From Eledone cirrhosa (lineage: Eukaryota): a DNA stretch of 64,000 nucleotides. Made by a program: the position numbers and the translations under genes. Positions 48,938 to 64,000 of this stretch are shown here, one piece after another. The stretch spans positions 34,162,001 to 34,226,000 of the forward strand of contig OZ024745.1 of NCBI GenBank assembly GCA_964016885.1, given 5' to 3'. Within the stretch, counting starts at the first letter, position 1. The number at the start of each line of letters is the position of its first letter. The notes under the pieces are model-generated. The model saw only the letters and a list, made by a program, of their open reading frames with translations. It was not told the origin of the DNA and ran no database searches.

Positions 48938-50398
48938 GATATAGAACGATTTCGATCTTGTTGATTACAATTTGCTCAGTGGAAAGAGAGCCAGGGCAGA
49001 CTTTGAACGTTCACTTTTAGTTAACCTTGCTTTGAACCGGAAGCGTTGATATTATCATATTATTATATTCGACTGTTAACCTCAACCTTTTATGTAATTA
49101 CCATATGGTAGAATTTACTATATTCAGCTGGGCATAAAACCCACATTGCTCACATTTTGTTCAAGGCACTCGATATATGCTTTTCCAAATCCCATAGGTA
49201 CAGCAGAATATTTAATAGGGATACTCTTAAGCTACCATACTCTACAAAATAAAATAAAAATAAAAAATAGATAAAAATAAAAACCACACTAGAACATAGC
49301 CAAGATAAATTACTGCAGATTGGAATTGAAATAGCGTCTAAACGTTAGTGCATTTGTGGGTGTGCCTATTAATAATATTGCGGTCCAAGAGTCACATAGT
49401 AATAGGAATAACATCATACACTCGGACCGAGAGTAAGCCGCCCTAATAGACAGAATTCCGACGTAACTTACACACAGAAGTTATTGTAAATGCAGAAATC
49501 CAATAAAATTCCCTATGCAGAACAGATGCGTTTTGGATGTGTGGCTGTCTGCATGCCTGTACGTGTGTTTAGTCGATCATTCACAAATACAGGCAGGTAT
49601 GTTGGTATACGACAGCTATATGATCAATTACAGATATACGTATGAACGTTGAAGCGAACCCACTATATTGTGATATAGGCACACAATAGCTGAAGCATAT
49701 TCTCTCTTCCCTCGACACCACAACTAAAATAAATAATTATTCATTGAAGACCTATGGACGCCAACGTGATTATTATAGTGATAACATTATTAATACGGCC
49801 GTGAAAATAAATTGATATCCGTATTATGAGATGATAAATACATAAACAAACGTGGAGAAATTATTTATTTTATAGCTCCTTTAGGAGCTATAGCGGAATG
49901 TCCAACACTGAACAGATTGAGCGATTATTAGTGCAGTGACTTGCTTTTAACTCTTACGACCACCAAAGTAGTTCCCAAACCTATATCTCTAGCTGAATAG
50001 CAACATGCTCATGTAGCATATGCCTCCTGTAACACAAATGAAGAATATCTTTTCAACATCGAGCATATCAAAAACCAGAACCAAAATAAAATCATTGTTT
50101 ACGTTTTCCGCACATGCCTGACGACAACGCATTAAATAATTATTACATATGGACATTTTAATGCCTTTGAAATGTAGATAAAGGGTGTGATGTAGTCAAT
50201 AAACTGAATATGTAAAACCGCCACACTTCTTCTTACTTAAAATGGATGCTCTGCCTGATACCATATACATGATACGTTATGGTAGACATGACGTGGAGTG
50301 CATATGCTTGATTCCACCATAATTAGTTGATTGCTTGGACCAACCAGCAGGGATTATTAAAAAAGAAAAGAAAAAATATATATAGAGAGAGATGTATA

Positions 50399-50458
<60 letters not shown>

Positions 50459-50475
50459 TATATATATATATATAT

Positions 50476-50929
50476 CTAGGGCGGGTAAAATTCCCGAGAT
50501 CCATGGACGAGTTCTCTCCAGTGGTCTCTGTGCCTCATCATCGCCGCCATGTCCTGTGTCTTCAATACAAGAGACCAGTGTCTGTCCTTAGGGCATCAAC
50601 ATATGTTAACCTTGGTCTTCCTCTTCCGGTGTGTCCATGCAGGGGCTCCCACAGGAGCACTAAGTGCAGTGTCAACTCTGGATGTCGGTGAGCATGTTCA
50701 GCTATCCTCAGTCTTCTCTGTGTCACTCTTGAGCTGACTCTTGTGAGGCTCCCGTACAACTCTTCCTCTCGACCACATCATCTTCCGTATTCCCAATCTT
50801 TGCTCCCAAATACAAGAAGTCCTCAACCAATTCTAGTGGCTTCTCAACATTCTCTACCAGATATTTTGTCTTAATCTCATTCATTCTCAGCCTCACACTC
50901 ATCGAAACAGTCTCAACCTCCTGCATCAA
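50476..50929 (-). mobile_element. RTE LINE 3' portion (post-FADD RT to stop codon), internally deleted
   Basis: LMQEVE..LRMNEIKTKY..VEDFLYLG, then RRLRIAEHAHRH..LLWEP.HG..RGRPRLTYVD; ends in TAG followed by (AT)n. Confidence 0.9.
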
Positions 50930-50930
50930 A

Positions 50931-53039
<2,109 letters not shown>

Positions 53040-54734
53040 TATATTAATATAATATATCATGTGGTTTGGTCTAAATAGTGTCAGCTGGTGTAAATAAGTT
53101 ATACCACACCGAAACCCAATATCTGGATCTCTTGTGTTGAACAGTAAATATTATCATACCCACTTCTATTATTTTTTTATTATACTTTCATCAACTAATA
53201 TCATTTATACGTTTGAATAATAATATATTTAGGTGTTCTCATTTACAAAAATGAATATTTAGATCACATTATGATCTAGATGGAACGAAATATAATGAGA
53301 TAGAGAAGGGGTCAAAAAGGCATGTGGTATAGAAAGTGAGAAAGAGAGTAAAGGATGTGCTTTATTTTAGTGCACTGAGAAGAGGCCCAAAGGACTTCAC
53401 TTCAGTTCATGGGGTATTTTGTACATGATTGTAAGGTCGTGTGATTGATTTTCGGTTGTGAGTTGTGTCCTTGAGCAAGAATCGTTGTCTCACCTTGATC
53501 CAGTAGAGTCTACTGCCAAAAATTGAATCGTACTTCCGAGACGCTGAATCTCTCTCAGAATTCCGTTAAAGGTACATGCATCTAAGGAATTATCTGCTAC
53601 TTGCAGTTTAACTCACAAGGAGTCTGAGAAACGATGGGAACAACCGGGACACTCATCGTGCGAACCGATGCAGATCCATTCAGTATCGATAATGTATGGG
53701 AATATGAAAAATAAATACGTCGGAAAATAACAAACTATTTTCTTGTTCCATGAAAACACACTTAAGTGTACACGTATCCATGGAATGCCCAGCCACCTTC
53801 ATGTTGATTTCAAGACTAGGCTCTGTTTTGTTGATTGCACAACTGAAACATTCAACTTCCTGACTGATAGAGGTTAATTCAAAGAAAACACAGCCATATG
53901 TTTATTGCATATATTTATTGGCTTTGAGGTTGTTTAATACTGAATTGACATTTATCGATCTATAGTTAAACAACATTAACAGCGGTAGAGATTGAGAGGG
54001 AGGGCAACGCGGAGTGTCCTTCTTCTTAGAAGAAACGAGAACATGCGGTAATAAAAAGAGGCAAAAGTGTAAAATTAAGATAAGATTAAGAGTTAATATA
54101 AATGGTGGTGGTAGTTTTTGTATGACTTCGTGTGTATCGGTGTGTACACACATACACATGCATATATATACCTGTCCATACGCGCACACAGATACAACTG
54201 TTCATATGTAAATACATACATATATATATATATATATATACGTGTGTATGTATGTTTATAGCCCCTAAATATACCCCACAAACACACACATATGGCACAC
54301 ATATACAGATACCGATGAAAGAAGAGGAAGGAAATAATAGCTAAAACCAACTAGAGGGAAGTAATTGAAAAAACAAAGAGTATTCAAGTGAAATTTAGGG
54401 AGATGGCGGGGGAGCATATCAACAAAACGTGGAGGTAAAATAAATATTTGTAGAAATAATAATATTCGTGGAATGCATGCATGTGGTGTTGGGGACTGGG
54501 GATTGGGGATTGGGCTTGTAATGATCGCAGTGTTGGTGATAGGAGAGTTATGATTGTTTGGGTTTTTAGTGGTGATGTTAGTATTAGGGTTGGGAGTAAT
54601 ACTTGTTTTTACTTTTCATACAATACTGTACTGGAGCAAGGTGAGACAACGATTCTTTCTCAAGGACACAACTCACTACCGGAAATCAAACACATGACCT
54701 TACAATCATGAACAAAATACCCCCTGAACTGAAG

Positions 54735-56860
54735 GGTACGGGAATGTCTATTAAATCGACTCCAGAGCGTTACTGGTACTATATTTCAACGATGACGTAT
54801 GGATGAAAGACAAAGCTAACTTCGGCAGGGTTTGAACTGAGAACGCAAAGAATGCTGTCCGATGCTCCACCGATACTGGCAATCCACTTCCCTTAAAAGT
54901 GGTTTCTGATTTAAGCACAAGGCCAGCAATTTTGCGGGAAGGAATAAGTTCATTAAATCGACTCCAGTGAATTACTGATGCCTTATATTATATCGACCCC
55001 ATAAGGATGAAATGCAACGCTTACTTCGGGAGAATTTGAATTCGGAACGCAAAGGGTTGTAACTATATTCCTCAAAGAATATTGTTCGACACTTTACCGA
55101 TACTGCCAATCCACCGACCCTGAGAATAATAATGATAGTGGTAATAGTGGTGGTGTAGCTTAGCTGTTGGTGTTTTGGTGTAGATGGTCGGTGGGTGGAA
55201 GGTATTGGTATTTAGGTTTCTGATGGTGACGGTAATAATGTGTTGGATTAATAACGGTGCTTGCTATGGTGGGAATTGTTGGTGCTTGGGATACTGTTCG
55301 GATTGTAGTTGTGGTAGTTGTATGGCAGTAGTGTTCGTGTAGATGACAGCAGTATTACTAGTTGTAGTGTTGGTTATGGTAGTACCTATAGTAGTAGTGA
55401 TGGTGGTAGGGGTAGCAGTAGCTATGGCAATTTATAGTGGTGTTCCGGTTGGTAGAAGTAGTATTAGTAGTAATATTAGCGGTTCTAGTAGCTGTAAAAG
55501 TGGTGATGGTGCTGGTGGTATTTAAGCAGAGATAAAGGTAGAAAAGTTTTTGAAAATGTAAGAATGTGATGGAATGAAATTTTTTTGTTTTGTTTTTCCA
55601 TTTAAATTTAGTGTTGATAGATAAACAGTTCGGTGGCAGGAAACCTATTTAAACAGGCATAGACGATAATAATAATAATAATGATTTCTACTATAAAATA
55701 ATGTTTCTACTAAGGCCAGCAATTTTCCCCAGTGCATTACTGCTGCTTTATTTTATCGACCCCGTAAGGATGAAAGGCAAAGTTAACCTCGGCGAATTTG
55801 AACTCAGAACGTAAAGGGACATAACTCTATGCTGTAACGCATGGTGTCTGACGCTCTACTGATACTCCCAAACCACCACCCTAATATAATTGTTTCTACT
55901 TTTGGTAGAAGGCCAGCAATTTTCCCAGTGCATTACTGCTACTTTATTTTATCGATCCCGTAAGGATGAAAGGCAAAGTTAACCTCGGCGGGATTTGAAC
56001 TCAGAACGTAATGGGCCATAACTCAATGCTGTAAAGCATGGTGTCTGAGGCTCTACCGATGCTGCCAATTCACCAATGGTTTATGATTTAGGCACAAGGC
56101 CAACAATTTTGGTGCGAGGGGAAAATCGATGAAATTGACTCCAGTGCGTTATTTGAACTAAGGTAAAGGGCAGTAACTCTACGTCAAAAAGCACATTGTC
56201 TGACAATCTACCGAGTATACTAACAATTCGTACAGTAACAATTTAGCCTGTCCACCAATAAACCTGATTCTTCGGCTCAGAGCCAGCAATTTAGGATTAA
56301 TGTGATGTGATGGTGCCGTAACTCCTGTTGGAGTCGTAGGGACGCTATATACAGCGTTTCTTGGGCGTTTTAAACCTGGCGGAGCGCATCCCTCTCCAGG
56401 TCAGAATATAGAAGATTTCTTTCAGAGAAGGATTGAGAGCTAGAGAATGGAAGTGAGAAAGAAATATAGCGGGAGAATCAACCACAGTACTGGACTACTT
56501 TACGGTCTGAGTTCAAATCCCGTCGAGGTTAACTTTGCTTTTCATCCTTACGGGGTCGATAAAATAAAGTACCAGTAATGTACTGGGTGATTGCTGGCCT
56601 TGTGCCAAAAGTAGAAACAACAATTTTATCAACCTTGAATTGGAAGAAAGGCAAAGTTGAACTCGGCTAGATTTGAACTCAAAGAGCAGAGAGCCGAAAC
56701 AAATACTGCAAAGCTTTTTATCCGACCTTCTAATGACTTTGCCAATTAGAATTGAGGCAAGTCAATTATATAGGTTCCAGTGCTTTATTTTGTCAACCTC
56801 GGAAACTTTCGAACTAAAAACAAATACCATATAGTATTTTGTCCGACGCTTTTAACATTG
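54735..56860 (-). mobile_element. Array of about 8 MetaSINE-like copies, mostly on the minus strand, with one young + copy at ~56495-56621
   Basis: Repeated aaggccagcaatttt..ccagtgcattactg..tatcgaccccgtaaggatgaaaggcaaagttaacctcggcg..tttgaactcagaacg. Confidence 0.88.
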
Positions 56861-56949
56861 TACAACAATACCAAGGATAAAACTCCTTCATAGTTAAGTA
56901 AAAAGTCATCCATAAAAGACTATTCTTATTGCTTTCGTTGAAGCCCAAT

Positions 56950-57520
56950 ATCGTTTGCATGTCATCATCTACATCTTCCACTAGCCCAACGTCCATAGAA
57001 TGTCGAAGTTGAATTTCCACCAACTACATGGTCCATCAGGTAGAGTGTATGAGCGCCTAGCAACATATCTCTACCGTAGAGAATGAGTTTTATTCGCGGC
57101 GTGGTTATTGCTGGGTGTCAATAAGGACAATATGAATAGTCCCTGGCATTAGTACTATACTCGTGTCATGGTAATAATACATACAAGATGTACAGACAAG
57201 GAAATGCCGACAGTTGAACTCGTCCAAGCGGCGTACAGAGCGACGAAAACGTCCCGCAAGCAACAATTTAGAGTCAATGCATTGTCGATTAGTGAGCTTG
57301 TGTCAAATAGCTTTTATCACGAGCTGGAGACATCCGAGTGTATAGCGAAACCTGACATGCTGCCATTTTTTGCCGTGAGAAGTATCTACGTTTCTTCAAT
57401 TCTCACCTCTAACTGCGGTGAAGGAACCTTTGTGGTGAACACTTCTAAAAGGTTTGCTGACGGAATTTGTTTCTCTCTTACCAAGTCCTTCGAGTACCAT
57501 ATGAAAGAGGAAGGTGAAAG
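56950..57520 (-). mobile_element. Possible ancient RTE C-terminal relic
   Basis: Minus strand KLILYGRDMLLGAH resembles K.LLYGEL..G.R, with CLR..F and LDEF segments; many frameshifts. Confidence 0.35.
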
Positions 57521-57739
57521 TACGTATTATGAAAAGTAATAGATGAGAGTACCGTGACTGACGTGGATAAATGGCTTAAATCTGATGATACGATTCTAAA
57601 GAGGAGGAAAGAAACTGGGTGAGAGAAATTTTGTTTTGTTTGATGTGTCGTTTCGTTTTTAATTCTATTTCGCATTCTTTTTCTTGTGTGGTTTCCAAAG
57701 CCCTCAGGCACCTGTTTCCGGGGAAATGTTTCTACTTGT

Positions 57740-57749
57740 CCTTGTTGTT

Positions 57750-57804
<55 letters not shown>

Positions 57805-58250
57805 TTGTTGTTGTTGTTGTTGTTCTTCTTCTTCTTCTTCTTCTTCTTCTTCTTCTTCTTCTTCTTCTTCTTCTTCTTCTTCTTCTTCTTCTTCTTCTTC
57901 TTCTTCACTGTAGTTGCTGTTGTTGGTGGTGGTTATGGTGATGGCGATAGTGATTGCTGTGAGCTTAATATTGATAGTGGTGTTAGTAATCCTGTTGGAG
58001 ATGGTGGTAGTGATGGCGATAATGCTGATAGTGATGTTGCTGATAATAGTGGTGTAGGAAGTCGTGGTAATGATGGTGGTGATTGTACTAGTGTTGATGG
58101 AGGCAATGGTAACGGTGGTGGTTGTAATGTTGGTAGTACTAATGGTAGTAGTGGCGATCGTGATGTTAGTGATGATAGTAGTGTTGGTAGTTGTGATGTT
58201 GATAGTGGCGAAGGTGGTGATTTGATTAGTAAATGTGGTGATGGAGGGAT
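57740..58250. repeat. Compound (GTCGTT)n-(GTT)n-(CTT)n-(GGT/GAT) tract
   Basis: Direct reading. Confidence 0.92.
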
Positions 58251-58984
58251 TTGAGGTAATGAAAAAGATGGGAGGAAGAGGGAGAGAGTGAAACGGAGAA
58301 AGAGTGAGAGAGGGAGTGTGAGGGAGTGTACGCTATATTTGTATTTGTGTACCATCAATAAAACCAATTTACTTGTCTCATTTTTCATGTTTCCTTATGA
58401 GGCCTTTACCTGTCATTTCATAAACCAAATTTCCCCAAACATAATCAACGTATTTAGACCTTTACATCCGGATGTAAAATGTTGTTAATTTGCTTTTAAA
58501 GTTTTGTTTTTTTTCTTGGTGTGGGCAAATGTAATTTGTGAAATCTTTAACTTCAGAATTTTTATCGGTTTTAACGCCACAATCTGAAATTCGAGGTGTG
58601 TTCGGCAGAATTATACGCCATTAGTTAAGTGTTTATGAGACATGTAGGCTGTTTGTGGGTTTATTTTAGCATTATATTGTCATTAATCGCCTGATTTTGA
58701 GGTAAATTCTGTATAATATGCATATATTGCTCGTTAGTATTTTCATATATATAATTTGTACATACATATTTACTTATGAATACGCACACACACATATATA
58801 TGTATGATATATGTATAAATATACGCACGTATATATGTATACATATATTCAGATGAACAAATAATGCATTTCACCGAAATTTTTTAGCTCGATGTATTTA
58901 CGGACTCAGCGTGTGAAATAATTCTTCCTATCAGAGGTATATTATGTTAGAATGGTTAAAAAGTTAGACCACATACATACACGC

Positions 58985-59109
<125 letters not shown>

Positions 59110-59433
59110 CAGTGAGAGACAGTCAAAGAAAGACCGTAAGAGAAAAACGAGGAGAGTAGACGAAACATAGATATTCATAATGCTATCCACTATTACAGCT
59201 AACAGTCAGTTTAATAATCTTTCGGCCTCAAAGAAGTGTAGAAACGGATGTTGTGATATCTATGCCTTTTCAATGGCATTTGCAGCGTAAATGAATGGAA
59301 AAATGTACAACCGGAAACGGAAACCAGGCTGCAAGCAGAGTTCGACGAGAGGTTACAGTATTCATTCGCCATTTTTACACATATATATGTATAAACATGT
59401 AGAAGCATACAAATACATCCACCCATACATGCA

Positions 59434-59469
<36 letters not shown>

Positions 59470-59820
59470 CAAGAATTTATCATATATGACTATATGTTTA
59501 TAGGCAAATATATATCTCCGCTTTTCAGTATCACTATGGGGATATGGCTTTTGCTTAATTTATACGAATGTCCATGGTTGTGTGAGTATGTGTGTATACG
59601 CATGTGTCTGTCGGTACGCGTTTGTACAGACTACAGTATATTGCTATATCCTCTTATATGTATGTAAGTGATGTTTTTGTTTTGTATTGGTATGTGTTCT
59701 TTATATTTTGTGTGACTGACTCTATTTGTCTTCTTGTGATTTCATGTGTAAATTTATACTTGAGAGAAATACATTGTCATGTAACTTTGAGTGTATTACC
59801 TATGTATATATGTATGTATG

Positions 59821-59854
<34 letters not shown>

Positions 59855-60095
59855 TGTATGTATGTATGTATGTATGTATGTATGTATGTATGTATGCAAC
59901 TATTTGCATGTATATCAGTTCCTTACTGGCATCTATATGTCTATTAATCTGTAGATATTGGTCAATTGTGTCCGACAAAGTGTCTGAGTATATATATGTA
60001 TATATATATATATAGTTAATACATGAAACAAAACAAAACACAGGAAGCAAAATTACACAGTTATATTAGGCTCATACACACACACATACACACAT

Positions 60096-60132
<37 letters not shown>

Positions 60133-60304
60133 CATATATATAGGGAGAGACAGAGACAGAGAGAGAGAGAGAGACATAACCGCAATACAACACACACACA
60201 CAGTGGTACATATACACACATACTACCTTATCCTGCTTAGGTAGAAACAATTATATATAGGTTTAGTTTCTTTCATTTTCTCCAACCTATCTATCTACCT
60301 ATCT

Positions 60305-60785
60305 AGGCGGTTTTCCTTTGTGTGATAGCTATGGCGAAAGAGGTCGTATGGTGGACGAGGTTAAAAGGGCTGAGGTCAGACACCTTTCTCTCAGGCCAAC
60401 AACCGATTCTTTTTTTCAAATACCACTTTGGAAGAAGAATCAGGATGGAGAGAGAGGTGTTGTACCCCAGCAAGTTTTATGAAAGGTGGGTGAAAGTGGC
60501 GAGAATGGCCCGAGTGAATGGGCCTTCTCTCTATATCAGCCTGTAGGTTGAGGAAAAAGAGGAAGAGAGGAAAGGGGTACTCACTCTTCGTACTTCTGGA
60601 GATGAGGGTTGCACATTTTTTCGGGGGTATGTGTTACCCATATGTCATGTCTCCCCCTATTGGGGAAAATCGATTAATTTTTAAATTGCATTTGTGATAG
60701 TATTTTTACACGTTTTTATTGTATGTAAACTTCCCCCTTTGTATTTGTTCCCTTCTTGTGTGCCTCTGTGGCTAATAAAGAAACA
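60305..60785 (+). mobile_element. 5'-truncated Tx1-like LINE (ORF2 C-terminus and 3' UTR) in (ATCT)n
   Basis: AVFLCVIAMAKEVVWWTRLKG...FFKYH..RRIRMER..L....FYERW matches the L1/Tx1 AK..IW..R...F...W terminus. AATAAA is followed by (ATCT)n, and ctatctatctacctatct lies upstream. Confidence 0.75.
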
Positions 60786-60844
<59 letters not shown>

Positions 60845-61404
60845 GTACCTATCTATCTATCTATCTATCTGTCTGTCTATTTGTACACTATCACGAGCAT
60901 AGATCCTCAACGTTTCAACTATATTTAGTTTTAGCGTTTGTTTCTGTGATTAGGTGTGTATGTATGTATGTATGTATGTATGTATGTATGTATGTATGTA
61001 TGTATATGTGCGGGTGTGTGTGTGTGTAGGTGCGTGTTTGTATATGTGGACAAGTACATCCATCACAGTTAGGTGTTGTCAATGTACTGTATATCCGCGT
61101 GGAAGCAGGATTCTCTTTCTGTGTATATGCCTGTGTGCGTGAGTAAGTGTTTGAGTGTATGTGTGTATATGTGTGCGTGATTTTTCAAGTTACCTTCAAC
61201 TGATTCTGAAATAAACTCTTTTATGTGTGTTGCGTGTCTTGCTTAGACACTTTCCTTTCGAAAGGAACTCAGCCTCGTGACTCATTTCATATAGACCGAT
61301 CGATCTCTACTAATCTACAGACAACAACCACATTTATTTAGCTTAGCTTATACAATCTCAATAGCATATTCCATCCTTCTACATTTCTTAATATCTCTCT
61401 CTCG

Positions 61405-61479
<75 letters not shown>

Positions 61480-61855
61480 GAACTTTTATTTCACAATTTC
61501 CAACACATATTCACTCAATTTTTCTGTCTTTCCATTAAAAATACGCACTATCACTTTTTCTCTTATTTCTTTGTTCTGACGGATATCTCCCATTGTCATC
61601 TTTTGCTCATCATAGCTATCTATACTATTCTATTAATTCACCTTATTTTATCTTTATTATTCTGTTCTGGGCTCTATCTATCGTACAGACGCACACATCC
61701 GCTCACCTTTTTCCATTTATTTTTCTATTTTTATAACGCAATCTCCAACTCTATATTATTCAATGTTCACCTATCTTCATAGTCTCTCTATATCTCATGT
61801 TTGTAAATTTTCTCGTTTGGTGTTTCTCTCTCTCTCTAGCTTTCTCTCTTGCATG

Positions 61856-61892
<37 letters not shown>

Positions 61893-62288
61893 ACTTTTCC
61901 CCTTTCTTTTTCTTTCTTTTTGCTTTCTTTTGTCAGTCTCACGAGACTATCGTTGCTATAAAAAGCACAATACCTTCTCCTAGTCGTCTTATACAATTCT
62001 ATATGTACCTGTTATTGTTCAATTGCTGTAAGTTATAGTTGTGTCTTGTCTTTACTCCCTGGACAACACTTTGGCTTGTTTGTCAGAGGCTGTGACCATT
62101 TCGTGAATCAGCAGTACCATTGGTAGGGGTCGAAACTGTCAAAGTCCCCTCAATAGCTGAAGACATTGGTGTTCTGTGTCTTTCATCTTTTTTTTTAAGG
62201 TTTTCACTTGAAAGAATTATTTGTTCTTTGTTTTTGTTCGTTGGCGTCTCTTTGTCAATTAGTGTAATTTTAGTATTAAAAAATATTT

Positions 62289-62338
<50 letters not shown>

Positions 62339-62368
62339 ATACTTTTGCTAAACAAATTCAGAAACGAA

Positions 62369-62466
<98 letters not shown>

Positions 62467-62556
62467 TATATATGTGTATAAGCATATATAAGCATGTGCA
62501 TACAAATGTGTAGAAAGACAGAATTCTAGACACACAAACTCACTCATATATATATA

Positions 62557-62613
<57 letters not shown>

Positions 62614-63340
62614 ATGTATGTATGTGTGTGTAGGTGTGTGTGTGAATATATATAGATATACACACACACTTAAGTGAAATTTAAATTGAAGAATATTTAA
62701 ATTGAATAAAAAAGGAATCTATGAAAACAAAACAAAAAAAAGCATTCTATATATTATCCTTCGATATACACACATGGTTCTAGCGAGGTTATGTAAATAT
62801 ATTATGCAGACATATAACACCGTCATCATCAGACACACAGAAGGCAATAAAAAAATGATTACTTCTGTAAGACACCCGTTGTTATCATATAGTAGAAAAG
62901 GAGAATCAGAATATATCATGACTGATATATTTGTGAAATTGATAATACTTCCTTTATTTGTGTAAATCACGCTCATACTTATGCAGATATATATATATTT
63001 ACAGGAGTTCATACACACGCAAAGATTTGAGGTAGGGTTGGTGTGTGAGATAAATACATATGTATGTTTGTATGTATGTGTATAAGTACGCACGAGCGTA
63101 CGTTTTTATGCATGTAGTATGTAACTCTCACTTTACCAAATTCTCCCTTTTTTGCATATATACATTTATTTACTGGTTTCTATTAATTTATTTCTTGCTT
63201 CTAAGTACCCCTCCTCCCCGTCATGTACAGAAATCTTTGACTTCTTATAGATACAAGTACGAGGATAGTTAAACACAGACATTCATAAACACACTGAAAC
63301 AGCAAAAGTACATGGTGCATTTGTATATAAATGTATGCAG

Positions 63341-63380
<40 letters not shown>

Positions 63381-63414
63381 AAATATACACGCTTACACAC
63401 AAATACACACACAC

Positions 63415-63500
<86 letters not shown>

Positions 63501-63751
63501 TAGACACCCGAAGCCTAAATATACCACCGTTAATTCCTGACAGCTTCCAGATAAAGTGATAAACGGTTGCCGTCTTTTACATTAACCAACTGAAGTTCTT
63601 GAAAACTTTCAGGTGTGTGTATGTGTTGGAGAGGGGTGTTAATCGGACGATGGGGTGATAAAGCGCGGGGAAGAGTGGGGGAGGGAAACATTTCACAATC
63701 TCACTACAATCTTACAAACCGAAATAATCAGGCAATAAAGTTTATGTAACT

Positions 63752-63765
63752 ATTGCCATGGAAAC
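63752..63765. promoter_or_regulatory. RFX X-box-like motif
   Basis: ATTGCCATGGAAAC versus consensus GTTGCCATGGCAAC, in non-repetitive sequence. Confidence 0.3.
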
Positions 63766-64000
63766 AAGCAATCTGAGAGCAGAAATCAGGAATCTTATTG
63801 TTCCCTGTTTAGCGTATCATTTATAGGGTAGGATATGATACACATGTTGAGGTATAAAGTTACGGTGGCGGCCAGTAGAGTAGTGTATGGTGTGATTTTA
63901 TTTGCTGATGTGATCATGGTGATGTCATGCATGCTGGTTTGTTTGGTGGTGGTGTTGCTGTGTTTCACAGATATATTTTAATATATTGCTTCTTTATCTA

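Noticed and set aside
57168-57539. 123-aa plus-strand ORF as a host gene (likewise 32197-32717)
   Set aside because: No domain is recognisable; these lie antisense to probable or clear LINE remnants.

Overview
AT-rich eukaryotic DNA that is intergenic or intronic. It is saturated with (TA)n, (CA)n, (GA)n and trinucleotide microsatellites, tRNA-derived SINEs and decayed retrotransposons. The repeat content strongly suggests an octopus (coleoid cephalopod) genome; this is an inference from recognised repeat families. I found no intact host protein-coding gene, tRNA, rRNA or CRISPR array, and almost all listed ORFs are microsatellite artefacts. Recognisable elements are a 5'-truncated Penelope-like element (PLE) with a GIY-YIG domain and a hammerhead ribozyme, Tx1/L1-, RTE- and CR1-like LINE fragments, a non-autonomous Helitron, a MITE and two tandem SINE arrays of opposite polarity. 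The most interesting signal is a set of short non-coding elements inserted in (TA)n tracts that carry minimal type-I hammerhead ribozymes. One family has four copies with compensatory stem-II changes, and several relics are broken or folded back at the ribozyme. Also notable are an RTE copy with a twin-priming-like 5' inversion and many long inverted repeats able to form dsRNA. Coordinates were read by eye and element boundaries are approximate.
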